Source: a virus
Strand: one strand, 5' to 3'
IMG/VR virus record: IMGVR_UViG_3300020473_000017
Length of the DNA: 64,000 nt
Shown piece by piece: positions 27,047-37,849 of the stretch. Under the pieces are notes generated by a model that did no database searches, was not told the origin of the DNA, and was given only the letters and a program-made list of their open reading frames with translations. Position 1 is the first letter of the stretch. Every line of letters begins with the position of its first letter. Position numbers and translations under genes: made by a program.

Positions 27047-28068
27047 GACTTATCAGTACCATACTTATATTCTTGACTAGCAGCCCAGTCAAGTTTCTCC
27101 ATCACTTCTTCCGTGAAGTATTTTTCGGGATCTTTAAGAATAGCAGAAGGATAAACGGAGCTATCGCCGACAACAATGCGGTTGCCTTTACGAGCGAAAA
27201 CTCCGTACTTCTCACCAAGTTCCAAGAGTCCATAGTGTCTATCGAGACCTCTAGCATCATAGTATAACCTCGTTTCTACTTGTGAATTCTCTACAGTCAA
27301 ACGTGACTTAGCAGCCTTTGCTTTGACAATGTTTCCGATGACATCTTTACCGTCTTTTTCTTTCTTTTTCGAGAGGTAAACGATCGTACTAGCAGCGTAC
27401 TTAAGACCACTACCCCCACCCATTTCCTTTGTGGGGATGTAAGCACCGACAACATCGTAGGTGTGATTTGTGACAAGTAAGGGGACATTTGCTTTGCCAA
27501 GTTTTAAGGTAAGTATTCTGAAGATTGCCTTGACAACTTGTGCCCTAGTCATGTCACGGGTGTCTTTACCCTCTGCACTATCTGCTAGTTCTTTAGAAGT
27601 CGAAAGCATTCCTAATGAGTCTAGCACAAACATCATAGGTTTACGATCCTTTATGTCCAATGCTAGATATTTGTCTAATATTTGTATTGCCTGTGTCCTA
27701 AACTCCTGTACTGTAGTAACAGGACATAGAATCATACGTGATCCGTCTATACCACGCTCATCTATCATGTCTTTGGTGATGGCAGCTTCACTTTCAAAGT
27801 AAACTACACCTGCGTCAGGGTTCTCTTTCAGATAATTCTGAACAATACCCAAACAAAAGAAAGTCTTACCAGTACCACTCTCACCTGCTAATGCAGTGAT
27901 CTTATTGCTTGGTACACCACCAAAGATTGAACCACTACAGAGAGCATTAAAAATATAAGAACCAGTGTCAATGAAAGATTCAATATCTCCCACACCACCC
28001 TCAGAAAGGAGACCAGCATATTCATTGTCAATTGTTTTCGCTATGTCGTTAAAAAATGATGAAGTCAT
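27043..28068 (-). CDS. uvsX: UvsX RecA-like recombinase
   Basis: [26 protein letters not shown]. Confidence 0.95.
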   Translation of the reverse strand: MTSSFFNDIAKTIDNEYAGLLSEGGVGDIESFIDTGSYIFNALCSGSIFGGVPSNKITALAGESGTGKTFFCLGIVQNYLKENPDAGVVYFESEAAITKDMIDERGIDGSRMILCPVTTVQEFRTQAIQILDKYLALDIKDRKPMMFVLDSLGMLSTSKELADSAEGKDTRDMTRAQVVKAIFRILTLKLGKANVPLLVTNHTYDVVGAYIPTKEMGGGSGLKYAASTIVYLSKKKEKDGKDVIGNIVKAKAAKSRLTVENSQVETRLYYDARGLDRHYGLLELGEKYGVFARKGNRIVVGDSSVYPSAILKDPEKYFTEEVMEKLDWAASQEYKYGTDKS

Positions 28069-30551
28069 GCAAATAAAAATTCAAGGTTGGACACTCTCTC
28101 TGTTTCCCATCCTATCACGTTTGTGATCATTCGTAAAGGGTCTAAGAAAGATTTTTTAAATTGGGCATCACGATCTATACTCTTCTCCAAGTCCAACTCC
28201 CTAGGGAAGGTGTTAAGGAAAGAGATAACGTTCTCATTCATTTTGTTTGGAACTCTTAAGTACAGATACTTGATCTTCTCACCCTCTTGAACTAATGGAT
28301 ATTTGAATTCGAGTTTGTTTTTTGCGATATAAAAATTATAAAGCAAAGTTCCACGAACATGTAGAGGGCATCCCTTTGAATACACGGTTCCTGACGCTTT
28401 GAATTTGCGTAAGCCATTGACTGACCTCGGAAATGCTATGTCTTCAGGTGGTAATGAGTCGAACTCATTCCTGAAGGTATCTATAAAGGATATAAGTTCG
28501 TCTTCTGAACCAGTCACCATGATCTTTAATGCCTCTTTAATAGCAGTACGACATGGCATTGGTGTAGAAGACTTAACTGCTTCAAGACCCATGATCTTAA
28601 GTTTAGGTTCCTTATAACGAACACCCTCACTATCCCATACGTTAAGAATATACCTCTTCTTAGCAGTCCATATACCACTAGAAGCAATATTCTCACGCTT
28701 CATGAACATCTTCTGATCATATGCGTTTACGTAGTCGGCCAGTTCTTGGTAGCAACTTTCAATATAAGGCTCAAGTTCCACTTCACAGATCTTATCAAGG
28801 AACCTGACAACGCTTTCATCAGTTTTCTCTCTGCCCTTGTATACAGTCTCGACCAAAGGCCCCATATTAAGATAAATGGAATCAGTATCTGAAGCAATAA
28901 CATAATCAATCTCCTCTGTTTTTAATACCCTATTAAGGTATGTGTTCATTTTGTTTTCAATCCAACGGATGCTAAATTGCCCACCGTAAGTAATCGCCTC
29001 AGCATTAAGTAAGTTGTAGTATCTAAAGTACTGGTTTCCAATGGCACCATAAGCCGAATTGAGCTGTATTTTTCGAGCCATTTGGATGTTATTGAATTTA
29101 CTAATATCTCTTTGTAGTTTGGCACTTGGCGAAACTTCATTATCCCGTTTCGCTTGGAGCATTTTCTTCTTATATAACGTGCGTTCGTCATAGATCTTTT
29201 GCATAATTTCTGGTAGGAACCCATGAATATCTTTCCTATACTGTGCACCATTAGGTGCTACACAAAACTCACCATCAATCTCAACCTCCTTTCTTAAAAG
29301 CCGTTCAACGCTCGCGCTGGAATGTCTAGTCTCCCAGAGGGTCTCTGGGGAGATGTTGTACTGCATAATAAGGTGAGGATAAAGACTATTGAGGTCAAAA
29401 TTAACAACCCAATCATAGCGTCCTGGTTTCGGTTCCTTGACATAAGCCCCTTCGTACTTCTGATTTTTATCTGATCGTTTTGCTGGTGGTACAACAAGAT
29501 TTTTATTCTTAAGAAAATTATATATGATGGTATCCCACATACGTACTTGGAAATACACATCTCTTATGTTGACTTTAGCATCATATGCTAGAGCAATAGC
29601 AAGCTCTATCAACTTCATCTTCTCCTCAAGACGAACTACCAGTTCCACGTCTTTGATGTTGTAATCAATAAACTTCTGCCAGTCCTTTGTATAGAAATCT
29701 TTGAAGTTTTCAAACTCACTGTGATCAAGTTTCTTCTGACCTAGTTCTACAAATGCAATGTGATCTAAGCGATATGATTCTTGATTAGTATACGTAAATT
29801 TCTTATAAAGATCAAGATAGTCTACAACATTTATACCAAACATGTTGTATATTATTTGCTGACGACCTTTTATCTCCATCTCCTCACAGTGAACGATGCC
29901 CCATGGGGACATCTGCTTCATCTCCTTCTCACCAAACAACCGTTCTATACGTCCACACATATATGGTACGTCATACAGTTCTACATTCCACCCCGTGAGA
30001 ATATCTGGGAAATTAGTAGTCCAATAGTGAAGAAAACTACGGAGCAAATGTTCCTCGCCGTCACATAAGATATATTCAACGTCCTTGCGATCCGTCCTAT
30101 AAGGTTTGGTGCCCCATACTTTGATCTTACGGCTGATATAGTCTTGTACTGTAATGCTAAGAAGAGGTTCCGCGCATTCTTGCACGTTAGGAAACCCATT
30201 TTCACATGCCACTTCGATATCAAGAGATGTAACCTTAAGACTCTTAAGGTCATAGTCCACTTCTGCAGGAAACTCTTTTGATATGAATTGGTAGAGATAT
30301 CTGTCATACCCATGCACCTCAAAATTGTCTATGTCTTTGTACTTGTCCCTAAATGCCCTAGCTTCTCGTATAGATTCAAACTTAACAGGCTTTGCGTATC
30401 TACCATCAAGTGTTCTATGCTTAGTCTTCTTATCAGTAACGACAAAAAGGGTTGGAGAAAACTTAAACTTCCTTTGAATACGCTGTCCGTTCTCGTACCC
30501 CAGATAAAGTAGGTTATCCCCAACCATCTGAACATTAGTATAGAAACTCAT
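28065..30551 (-). CDS. gp43: DNA polymerase (family B) gp43
   Basis: DIE exonuclease motif, [25 protein letters not shown]. Confidence 0.97.
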   Translation of the reverse strand: MSFYTNVQMVGDNLLYLGYENGQRIQRKFKFSPTLFVVTDKKTKHRTLDGRYAKPVKFESIREARAFRDKYKDIDNFEVHGYDRYLYQFISKEFPAEVDYDLKSLKVTSLDIEVACENGFPNVQECAEPLLSITVQDYISRKIKVWGTKPYRTDRKDVEYILCDGEEHLLRSFLHYWTTNFPDILTGWNVELYDVPYMCGRIERLFGEKEMKQMSPWGIVHCEEMEIKGRQQIIYNMFGINVVDYLDLYKKFTYTNQESYRLDHIAFVELGQKKLDHSEFENFKDFYTKDWQKFIDYNIKDVELVVRLEEKMKLIELAIALAYDAKVNIRDVYFQVRMWDTIIYNFLKNKNLVVPPAKRSDKNQKYEGAYVKEPKPGRYDWVVNFDLNSLYPHLIMQYNISPETLWETRHSSASVERLLRKEVEIDGEFCVAPNGAQYRKDIHGFLPEIMQKIYDERTLYKKKMLQAKRDNEVSPSAKLQRDISKFNNIQMARKIQLNSAYGAIGNQYFRYYNLLNAEAITYGGQFSIRWIENKMNTYLNRVLKTEEIDYVIASDTDSIYLNMGPLVETVYKGREKTDESVVRFLDKICEVELEPYIESCYQELADYVNAYDQKMFMKRENIASSGIWTAKKRYILNVWDSEGVRYKEPKLKIMGLEAVKSSTPMPCRTAIKEALKIMVTGSEDELISFIDTFRNEFDSLPPEDIAFPRSVNGLRKFKASGTVYSKGCPLHVRGTLLYNFYIAKNKLEFKYPLVQEGEKIKYLYLRVPNKMNENVISFLNTFPRELDLEKSIDRDAQFKKSFLDPLRMITNVIGWETERVSNLEFLFA

Positions 30552-30790
30552 TCTTTAGTAACTAGTTCGTACTTATTACGGATAGTTTCCGTAGGTTCTA
30601 CTATTGTAGCAAGAGTTTCAGAATAAATCAAGACATCTGTGTCAGTTGTCCAACTGGGCCATGGTTCTAATGTACCATCATCCTTGATTAGGTACGGATC
30701 CTGTAGGTGGCAATTCGGTTCCTCCTCCAGTTGTTCCACCTTCGAGATCAGGTGCATTCCCGACCTCAGAATCACTACCATCGTCTCCAT
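30548..30790 (-). CDS. Small Sm-like-fold hypothetical protein
   Basis: VVILRSGMHLISKV...LEPWP; GGAGG upstream of ATG 30790. Confidence 0.7.
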   Translation of the reverse strand: METMVVILRSGMHLISKVEQLEEEPNCHLQDPYLIKDDGTLEPWPSWTTDTDVLIYSETLATIVEPTETIRNKYELVTKE

Positions 30791-31202
30791 CTTCATCCTC
30801 CAATAATTTTTCTGCGTCAGCAAATAGCTGTTCCATGTCAACGTCAGCATCCTTACCAGCAATCATATCTTCATGCCTTTGGAAGCTCTTTTCATAGTTC
30901 TCTTCTTGTATAGCAGCGAGATACTGCTCGGTAATAGTATCCAATGGATCATATGCGGTTAACACATGATGACCAGGTAAATAAAAATCTCTATCTTTAC
31001 TCAAAGGTGCCCATGGGAACCAAGATACTTGATATCCTTTCTCTTGATTTATGACAATACCATCTTCATTGGAAACAATATCTAATCTAAAAGGCTTATG
31101 TAAATGAAAACCTATAGGATCCTTAGTATCAGGATCAGATATCTCCTTAACTTCAGTGATAATCTCTTCACCAGATTTCAATAATAAAAGTTTTACACTC
31201 AT
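30678..31202 (-). CDS. Sm-like-fold hypothetical protein with acidic tail
   Basis: VKLLLLKSGEEII...WFPWAPLS. Confidence 0.75.
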   Translation of the reverse strand: MSVKLLLLKSGEEIITEVKEISDPDTKDPIGFHLHKPFRLDIVSNEDGIVINQEKGYQVSWFPWAPLSKDRDFYLPGHHVLTAYDPLDTITEQYLAAIQEENYEKSFQRHEDMIAGKDADVDMEQLFADAEKLLEDEDGDDGSDSEVGNAPDLEGGTTGGGTELPPTGSVPNQG

Positions 31203-31588
31203 TCTACATTACCACCTATCTTCTGTACATTAGTAATGTATGTATCACGAAGACTAGGTACTGGTTCTAAAATAGTAACAACCATGTTATGATTAACTGG
31301 AACTCTAGTCTCAGGTGTTAAAGGACACCAAGGAGAATAGTTCACCCTAACCTCTGGATCCTCAACAATACCTGTACCATCAAGTTTTGGTTGTTGATAC
31401 TCTACCCTATAAGGATAGTTCATAATGTATGCTTGACGAGCACCACTGTCTTTATCCACAGCTTCTTGCAAATCACAGATAATATTATCACCATTGAACA
31501 TGATGACAACCTTTACTCTATCGCTATTGACTATGGCACCCTTTGGCTCCTTTGGAGTTACATTAATGGGGTCTTTCTTCTTAGCCAT
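31199..31588 (-). CDS. Sm-like-fold hypothetical protein
   Basis: VKVVIMFNGDNIICD...YSPWCPL...VVTILEP. Confidence 0.75.
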   Translation of the reverse strand: MAKKKDPINVTPKEPKGAIVNSDRVKVVIMFNGDNIICDLQEAVDKDSGARQAYIMNYPYRVEYQQPKLDGTGIVEDPEVRVNYSPWCPLTPETRVPVNHNMVVTILEPVPSLRDTYITNVQKIGGNVE

Positions 31589-31611
31589 TCTTATACTCTA
31601 TGTTAATTGAT

Positions 31612-31648
31612 ATTATAATAGGGGGACTGAAATTTGTCAATCCCCCCT
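31612..31648 (-). promoter_or_regulatory. Consensus sigma70 promoter embedded in a GC hairpin
   Basis: TTGACA-N17-TATAAT; the inverted repeat GGGGGATTGA/TCAGTCCCCC also fits an hsp20 terminator. Confidence 0.75.
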
Positions 31649-31666
31649 GATCCATCTCGAACCAAA

Positions 31667-32098
31667 TTATATATAGTCCTTCCTTGCGTGATGATCAGGA
31701 ACTATCTTTCCCAGTTGTACCACGAGCAATCCGTCTGTGAATTCAACTCCTCGTACTTCGGTATCATCTGAGAGTGTCCAGACCCTAGAGAAGTCCCTGT
31801 TGGCCAGTCCTCTATGTCTAAACTCTCTATCATCTTCCTGTTCTTCTTTGCTGCCTTGTACATGTAATTTTCCAAACTCCGTAAAGACTTTAATTTCATC
31901 TTTTTTGAAGCCTGCCAAGGCAACTTCCAATCTCGATTCGACATTACTAATTTCAACTATATTGTATGGGGGATAGTTTGAAGTTGTATCGACCCCATCC
32001 CAAAATCTGTTGAGATAGTCATCCATTCCAATGCTGTTTCTATGAATCTTCTCCATCAATTCTGGAAGATTCGCAGCGTGATATCTTGCTAAGTTCAT
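31667..32098 (-). CDS. hsp20: Small heat shock protein (Hsp20/IbpA)
   Basis: NYPPYNI, LEVALAGF, HRGLANRDF, DGLL. Confidence 0.95.
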   Translation of the reverse strand: MNLARYHAANLPELMEKIHRNSIGMDDYLNRFWDGVDTTSNYPPYNIVEISNVESRLEVALAGFKKDEIKVFTEFGKLHVQGSKEEQEDDREFRHRGLANRDFSRVWTLSDDTEVRGVEFTDGLLVVQLGKIVPDHHARKDYI

Positions 32099-32154
32099 GA
32101 TAGCATCTCCTTAATAAGCGAGTGTTTGATTTTGTGGACCCTTTCGGCATCCAC
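32096..32154 (-). promoter_or_regulatory. ROSE-like RNA thermometer in the hsp20 leader
   Basis: Hairpin GTGGAT-GCC-GAAA-GG-GTCCAC, then CTC(G)CTT-ATT-AAGGAG pairing the SD with a bulged G. Confidence 0.55.
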
Positions 32155-32160
32155 TATTAT

Positions 32161-32538
32161 TTACCACTTTTCCGCTACAATCTCAATAGTGTTATCTACA
32201 CTTTTGGATTCGGTTACTACTGTGAAGCCTTGCTCCTGTACGGTTTCCATAACCATAACTTTTGCATAAGCTTGTATGACTTTTTCCAAAAATCTCTCAA
32301 CAGGGAACGGTTCTTCCCATGTGTCCATCTCGGCAACCAAATGAAATGTTCCATCTTTATCTTTCTTGAAACCTACATCATTTGTGATACCAACTTCAAC
32401 TTGCCATTGCTTGTGATCATGACCATCAGGATTTACAAGCAACACATTCTCTTGTACAGCATAACCTAATTGATTTAATGCTTTTATAAGAGAATCTTTT
32501 TTAGTGATCTTGGTTTTGATTTTGCTGAAGTGAGACAT
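32161..32538 (-). CDS. DUF1257 / Ycf35-like protein
   Basis: MSHFSKIKT...L.KAL.QLG...DVGF...LVAE...V.QAYA. Confidence 0.85.
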   Translation of the reverse strand: MSHFSKIKTKITKKDSLIKALNQLGYAVQENVLLVNPDGHDHKQWQVEVGITNDVGFKKDKDGTFHLVAEMDTWEEPFPVERFLEKVIQAYAKVMVMETVQEQGFTVVTESKSVDNTIEIVAEKW

Positions 32539-32701
32539 CGTTAACTTTTTGAAAGTACTCTGGTTTTTCTTTTCTCCATTGTACCACACCAAGATCAGTT
32601 TCGATCCTCTCTGTGATATCTAAACACGAACTGCCAACGACACCTTCTACAGTCTCCTCAACAGTACCATCTTGAAGTATGCGAAAGATTATCCTTTGCA
32701 T
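32501..32701 (-). CDS. DUF2997 family protein
   Basis: FRILQDGTVEETVEGVVGSSCLDITERIE..LG. Confidence 0.85.
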   Translation of the reverse strand: MQRIIFRILQDGTVEETVEGVVGSSCLDITERIETDLGVVQWRKEKPEYFQKVNDVSLQQNQNQDH

Positions 32702-33123
32702 CAGTCCTCTTTCTTCTTACCAATGTTATATTTAGATTCTAATGTCCAGTCACCTTTCTCCTTGTAAGCAAGAACTTTAATTTGACTTAATGGTGCTACG
32801 TCAGCAATAGTTTCCTTTGAATTAATGGATACAAGACCCCAATCACTAAGCAATTGAACAATGCGATTTCTACGTTGAACATCATTCAAACTTAAATTTG
32901 CTTTCTTACCATCGAGAGCAAACAATTCTTTAAAATGTACTATAAAGTATCTACCCTGCTTGTGCAGTATATGACATGACTGATATAGTTTCTTTTCTTT
33001 TCTAGAAGCTACACCAATACGTGTCAATGTTTCTCTTACCTTAAGGAAGTCATCTGGTTCTTTCAAACCAACTTCCACCATACTGTCAGCAGACCACTTA
33101 ACCTCTTCTGAGACCGAGTTCAT
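32701..33123 (-). CDS. regA: RegA translational repressor
   Basis: DDFLKVRETLTRIG, LYQSCHILHKQGRYFIVHFKELF. Confidence 0.95.
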   Translation of the reverse strand: MNSVSEEVKWSADSMVEVGLKEPDDFLKVRETLTRIGVASRKEKKLYQSCHILHKQGRYFIVHFKELFALDGKKANLSLNDVQRRNRIVQLLSDWGLVSINSKETIADVAPLSQIKVLAYKEKGDWTLESKYNIGKKKED

Positions 33124-33506
33124 CTCTTTCCTCCCATGTCATGTTTATGTCGTAATGATTCAATTTGGGTTTTGGTGAGAAGAGTTAATGCGACCTTCGC
33201 TTTTTCGTTACTATATCCATAGTGTTTTTTGACCAGATCCAGATCTTCAATCTGTTCTTTCTTCAACCAAGGAGAAAACCTTTTCCGTTTTCTCAATGTA
33301 TTTAGCAAGAAAGAATATTGCATATCAGGGTCAAGATGAGCATTCAAATTCATCTCATTAGAAAATAAAATGCTATCAATAGTACCAGACAAACATCTAT
33401 TAACGATATAAGCAGGGTAAGAAGATATCGCATCAGGGTCTTCACGAGTAAGATCCTGCTTATTGTAGTTGATTGAATTGAGCCAATCCTTGAGTTCATA
33501 TTTCAT
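33120..33506 (-). CDS. gp62: Clamp loader small subunit gp62
   Basis: WLNSIN, Y..YIVNRCLS, RKRKRFSPW, YGYSNEKA. Confidence 0.92.
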   Translation of the reverse strand: MKYELKDWLNSINYNKQDLTREDPDAISSYPAYIVNRCLSGTIDSILFSNEMNLNAHLDPDMQYSFLLNTLRKRKRFSPWLKKEQIEDLDLVKKHYGYSNEKAKVALTLLTKTQIESLRHKHDMGGKR

Positions 33507-33718
33507 TAGAAAGTCCTGATAGGTCCAACCACACCAGTCTCATTATTATTAATTCTATAGATCTGAGTACGACCAGTCTTCATCTGACAATGGATTTCAC
33601 CACCTTGAATGATTGCAGACACAATACTTTGTCCACCGAAATTTGACAACACACCTTTACGTGTGTGATATAACTGTGCACTACCGCTTGGCAGTACACG
33701 AACCCCCAAACTTCCCAT
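33506..33718 (-). CDS. Hypothetical protein
   Basis: 70 aa ORF coupled to both neighbours. Confidence 0.65.
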   Translation of the reverse strand: MGSLGVRVLPSGSAQLYHTRKGVLSNFGGQSIVSAIIQGGEIHCQMKTGRTQIYRINNNETGVVGPIRTF

Positions 33719-34535
33719 AATTTGTAATTACTAATTCACGACGTTTTGTTTGATCCTTCATATAGTCACCAGTGGATCGCATGGTGTAGGTATGATCAAA
33801 GTCATACTGGCACCACTCAAGAAATCGCATAACGATATCAGGGTGGTTGTTATATGATATCATAACATTGCATAAGCAATTGTCCATGACATCAGCAAAT
33901 TTAGCATGGTCGAAACCTTTATGCATATCACCTTTATGTCCATAAAGTGCATCCTTAATATCATAAGGTGGATCAGCATAGATGAATGTTAAGGTGTCAT
34001 CTGAGGTGAGTTGATCATAGGATCCATGAGTAATGCGCCACCGCTGGATAAGTTCGGTATACCCAAGGAGTCTGTCGATGCCACGCATGGAGAAATTACT
34101 GTCTGAGGCTGAGGCTGAGAATGAGGACGATTCAGTAAGACCACTGAAAGAACACTTATTAATGATATAAAAATAAATCGCTCTGTCCTTGTTATCGGTG
34201 TCTCCTTCATTTAATTTCTCCTTTGACTTGTTAAATAAACATCTTGCCTTGTCAGGGGTATCATGTTCTTTCTTTAATTTGACTAGTTCTTTATGTAGAT
34301 ACTCACCATCATCTCTTAAATGAATCCAAAAGTTAATCAATGGTTCATACAGATCACTAACCCAAATAGGTACCTCTTCTGGCAGTCTCTTGGTCATTTC
34401 AATGGCCATACTACCACCCCCTAAAAAGGGTTCACGATACTCTGTAATCTCTCGACTAGGCAACCACTGCAATAGCTTGGGAACTGCCCTAGATTTGCCT
34501 CCTGGATACCTTAGAGGGGTCTTCAGGGACTTCAT
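33681..34535 (-). CDS. dam: DNA adenine methyltransferase (Dam/D12 class)
   Basis: LRYPGGKS, EPFLGGGS, DPPY. Confidence 0.92.
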   Translation of the reverse strand: MKSLKTPLRYPGGKSRAVPKLLQWLPSREITEYREPFLGGGSMAIEMTKRLPEEVPIWVSDLYEPLINFWIHLRDDGEYLHKELVKLKKEHDTPDKARCLFNKSKEKLNEGDTDNKDRAIYFYIINKCSFSGLTESSSFSASASDSNFSMRGIDRLLGYTELIQRWRITHGSYDQLTSDDTLTFIYADPPYDIKDALYGHKGDMHKGFDHAKFADVMDNCLCNVMISYNNHPDIVMRFLEWCQYDFDHTYTMRSTGDYMKDQTKRRELVITNYGKFGGSCTAKR

Positions 34536-34726
34536 TAATAGAACCTCTGCCTTTCTATGGTTACTGCTTCAAAGATCTCGTTAAGAGTATTTGATAATTG
34601 ACGGTATCCTGAACCGACATAAATCTGACCAGCAAATACTGATACAGTTGCAGCACCCCAGAACAGATAATAAAATCTGGACTTGACTTGTGCTCTTAGT
34701 TTTGTTCTTTTACTCATAATTGTCAT
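34535..34726 (-). CDS. Small membrane protein
   Basis: FYYLFWGAATVSVFAGQIYVG TM segment. Confidence 0.7.
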   Translation of the reverse strand: MTIMSKRTKLRAQVKSRFYYLFWGAATVSVFAGQIYVGSGYRQLSNTLNEIFEAVTIERQRFY

Positions 34727-35667
34727 TTGAATTCACACTCCACCATAATTTCAGTGAGAGCTGCTAATAAATTTATCTCCTGATCTGCTACGAAAGCAGA
34801 CTGATACTGATACTTTGCAATAATCAATACCGCTTGAGGTATACTAGAAGGTTTAAGGGCATCGTAAAGACTATCGTATACTGTTCTTAGTATAGCATTA
34901 GGATCATTATCTAAATTAGAAACAATCCACTTACGTGCTACAGAAAACTCTTTCTTCTTTAACGCTGATACCAACTCTCCAAGTTTAACTTCGTTGAGGA
35001 CTGCCAAGATCCCCGTATCGATTGATCCCGTGGAGCTATACCGCTGTAGTTCGTTGAGCGTTCTTCTGAAATCTGGAAAATATTTCTGAACGACCTCAGC
35101 GACCACCGCATCATCAAACCGTACATTTTCTCTGGTAAGTATGTCACGGCATCGCTCAAAGAATTTAGCAGCGATCTGTTGTTTGTTCTTTCCTCTAACA
35201 TTACAATCAATTACTGTTGTTCTGGAGTGGAGTGGTTCAATGATTTTGTTCTTGAAATTGCAGGTAAAAATGAATCTGCAGTTTCTGGAGAACTCCTCAA
35301 TACTCGCTCTAAGAAGGAGTTGTACGTCGGGAGTGGTATTGTCTGCCTCGTCGATGATGATAACCTTGTGTCTCGAGCTACTTGTGAGAGATACGGTAGA
35401 CGCAAAGCTCTTGGCACTATTCCGAACTGTATCAAGAAACCTTCCCTCATCGCTTCCATTAATGACATAATAATCAACTCCTAGTTCTTTACATAATGAT
35501 TTAGCAACTGTGGTTTTTCCGATACCAGCAGTACCACATAGTAGGAGATTAGGTATCTCCCCATTGTTAACAAAAGATTGAAATGTATTCTTAATATCGG
35601 ATGATAGAATACAGTCCTCAATAGTTTGTGGGCGGTACTTCTCCACCCACAGAAAATCATCCTTCAT
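34723..35667 (-). CDS. gp44: Clamp loader large subunit gp44
   Basis: WVEKYRP, GTAGIGKTT, DEAD, FPDFR. Confidence 0.96.
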   Translation of the reverse strand: MKDDFLWVEKYRPQTIEDCILSSDIKNTFQSFVNNGEIPNLLLCGTAGIGKTTVAKSLCKELGVDYYVINGSDEGRFLDTVRNSAKSFASTVSLTSSSRHKVIIIDEADNTTPDVQLLLRASIEEFSRNCRFIFTCNFKNKIIEPLHSRTTVIDCNVRGKNKQQIAAKFFERCRDILTRENVRFDDAVVAEVVQKYFPDFRRTLNELQRYSSTGSIDTGILAVLNEVKLGELVSALKKKEFSVARKWIVSNLDNDPNAILRTVYDSLYDALKPSSIPQAVLIIAKYQYQSAFVADQEINLLAALTEIMVECEFK

Positions 35668-36325
35668 ACTTAGAATCTGGCTCCAATGCGATAAGGTATT
35701 CTAAATCTCTATTCACATCTCTAAAGAGAGATGCATTCTGCTTACTAATTGTAACCTCATAATCACCAGGTAACAACTTCAGGTTCTCAACTTTAAAGTT
35801 GAATGTAAAATTACTATCAGTCTCTCCAACCTTTACAGCATAGGTATTTGAAGTATCATTCTTCTTGTCACGAACAACAAGTTTAACAACACCATTCTCT
35901 CCAACAACTGCTAAGTCTTCTATCTGATAAATCGCTGCTGCCTTAATTATATTAGAGATATCACTCCATGCTACTGTGAATGAAATATCACTGCTAGGAA
36001 GTTCCACCCTATTCTCTGGTGGTTGAACTATAGTAGATGGATCAGCAAAGAAATACCTTGATGTATTTCTCCTATCTTTAATAATGAGATAATTATCATT
36101 ATCAAAATTAAACTCAGGATCATCAAATAAAGTAAGTCCAGATAAGAACTCACTTAAATCATAGATAGCAAAATCCTTTGGAAATGCCTCTTCAACAACA
36201 GCACGAGATAAGATATTCTTCTGGATGGATAGAGTGGATAACTCAGTACCTTCCTTGAAGCAAATGGACTGATTAATATTAGAGAAGTTCTTGAGGATAT
36301 CAAGAGTACTCTTAGAAAGTTTCAT
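35657..36325 (-). CDS. gp45: Sliding clamp gp45
   Basis: MKLSKSTLDILKNFSNINQSI, IYDLSEFL, IALEPDS. Confidence 0.95.
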   Translation of the reverse strand: MKLSKSTLDILKNFSNINQSICFKEGTELSTLSIQKNILSRAVVEEAFPKDFAIYDLSEFLSGLTLFDDPEFNFDNDNYLIIKDRRNTSRYFFADPSTIVQPPENRVELPSSDISFTVAWSDISNIIKAAAIYQIEDLAVVGENGVVKLVVRDKKNDTSNTYAVKVGETDSNFTFNFKVENLKLLPGDYEVTISKQNASLFRDVNRDLEYLIALEPDSKYEG

Positions 36326-36773
36326 AACGTTGATCTGGTTCAATTTCAATTGGTTTGGATGTAAAATGATATAGTAACACACAATAGTGTATTGCCTTTA
36401 GTATATCATGTTGTGGGCGACCCTTCTTATCATAGCGACTTAAGTACTTTATAGCATTAGATCTACAAAATGCTTCAGCGTCACCAACTGATTCGATAAG
36501 ATCAAGTGTTTGGATGTTTGAACCTTCAGTAGTATAATGTCCTGAGTATGTACTAGTGATATACTCACTAGCTTTTTTAAGGATTTCATCCTCTCCATAC
36601 TTGACCGTAACCTTATTAGATTCAATTCCTAATTCAATGTTGTCCTGTGCAACATTAGGATCGTATATAGTTCCGACCCCCTCGTGGAAGGTGATGTGGT
36701 CATCACCCATTCCACCCTTAAGGTTTGCTTGTTCCATTTCCTCTAAAACATCATAAAGTAACCACCATGCCAT
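36312..36773 (-). CDS. DUF3310-like protein
   Basis: TYSGHY...QTLDLI...FCRSNAIKYLSRYDKKG...DILKAIHY. Confidence 0.75.
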   Translation of the reverse strand: MAWWLLYDVLEEMEQANLKGGMGDDHITFHEGVGTIYDPNVAQDNIELGIESNKVTVKYGEDEILKKASEYITSTYSGHYTTEGSNIQTLDLIESVGDAEAFCRSNAIKYLSRYDKKGRPQHDILKAIHYCVLLYHFTSKPIEIEPDQRYETF

Positions 36774-36775
36774 TA

Positions 36776-37840
36776 TTATACCTCAAAGTCCACGTCCGCG
36801 TCAACCTTGTCGTATAACTCCTGAAACGCTTGCTTAGTTTCATCATCAAAACGAGAGATACAAGTAGTAATTGCTTTAGCACGAGTACCAAAGATTTGGT
36901 ATGCTCTAACGATGTGAACTAGTCTACGTGTACTAATGACTTCATCTATACCACCATCAAAGAAGGTCTTACGGATGATGTCTGCCCAGTCTACTAACCT
37001 CTTATTGAAATCAGTCTCGTCACATACTGCATCGAGTATCTTAATTTCATTAGCAGGTGTTGGGTACTCCTGCTCAAATGTTACTGGGAACCTTTCAAGG
37101 AAGGCTTCATTAAGCACGTTAGTTCCAACAAAACGTCCGTCATCTGAACCTTTACCTTTAGTGTTTGCGGTTGCGATGACGTTGAACCCTGCTGCTGGTC
37201 TGATGTACTTTCCAATCTTCTTAAGGAAAACTCCTTTACCTTCAAGGATTGACTGGAGGCAGAGGATTTTGTTTGAGGCAAGGTCGATCTCGTCAAGGAG
37301 CAAGATAGCTCCTCGCTGGAGAGCTTCCACAACAGGTCCGTTGTGCCATACGGTTGCGCCGTCAACAAGACGGAAGCCGCCAATGAGATCATCTTCATCT
37401 GTTTCGATAGTAATGTTTACACGGATAAGTTCTCTCTTTGCTTGAGCACATGCTTGCTCTACAGAGAAGGTCTTACCATTACCTGACAATCCAGTAATGA
37501 ATGTAGGGTAGAACAAGTTAGATTGAATGATCTTCTTAACATCATTGAAATTTCCAAACTTAACAAAAGTATCATCAAGTTGTGGAATCAAATCTTGCTC
37601 TACATTAGGTAGAACAGTTGGTTGAGCAATTGACTTCTCTAGGATCTCACGTCCTTCTTGTACGGTAAGGTTCCATGATCCACGCTTAACCTGATACTGC
37701 TTCAACTTGCGTGCTACTGTAGGATATGCTGCCCCACGAGAAGTAGCAAACTTCTTTACATGAGAGGCATCTATCTCATTACCAAATTCTTCACGTAATT
37801 CATCAACGAAGTTGACGGATAGTTTTCTCTCGAAAGGCAT
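36776..37840 (-). CDS. cobS: CobS-like MoxR AAA+ ATPase
   Basis: GLSGNGKT, LLDEID, ATANTKG, NEAFLERF, STRRL. Confidence 0.92.
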   Translation of the reverse strand: MPFERKLSVNFVDELREEFGNEIDASHVKKFATSRGAAYPTVARKLKQYQVKRGSWNLTVQEGREILEKSIAQPTVLPNVEQDLIPQLDDTFVKFGNFNDVKKIIQSNLFYPTFITGLSGNGKTFSVEQACAQAKRELIRVNITIETDEDDLIGGFRLVDGATVWHNGPVVEALQRGAILLLDEIDLASNKILCLQSILEGKGVFLKKIGKYIRPAAGFNVIATANTKGKGSDDGRFVGTNVLNEAFLERFPVTFEQEYPTPANEIKILDAVCDETDFNKRLVDWADIIRKTFFDGGIDEVISTRRLVHIVRAYQIFGTRAKAITTCISRFDDETKQAFQELYDKVDADVDFEV

Positions 37841-37849
37841 AATGATTAA

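Noticed and set aside
36936-37445. Long plus-strand ORFs antisense to core genes (also 42484-42936, 51667-52095, 7104-7535 and others)
   Set aside because: They are shadow frames of well-supported minus-strand genes, with no RBS or recognisable motifs.
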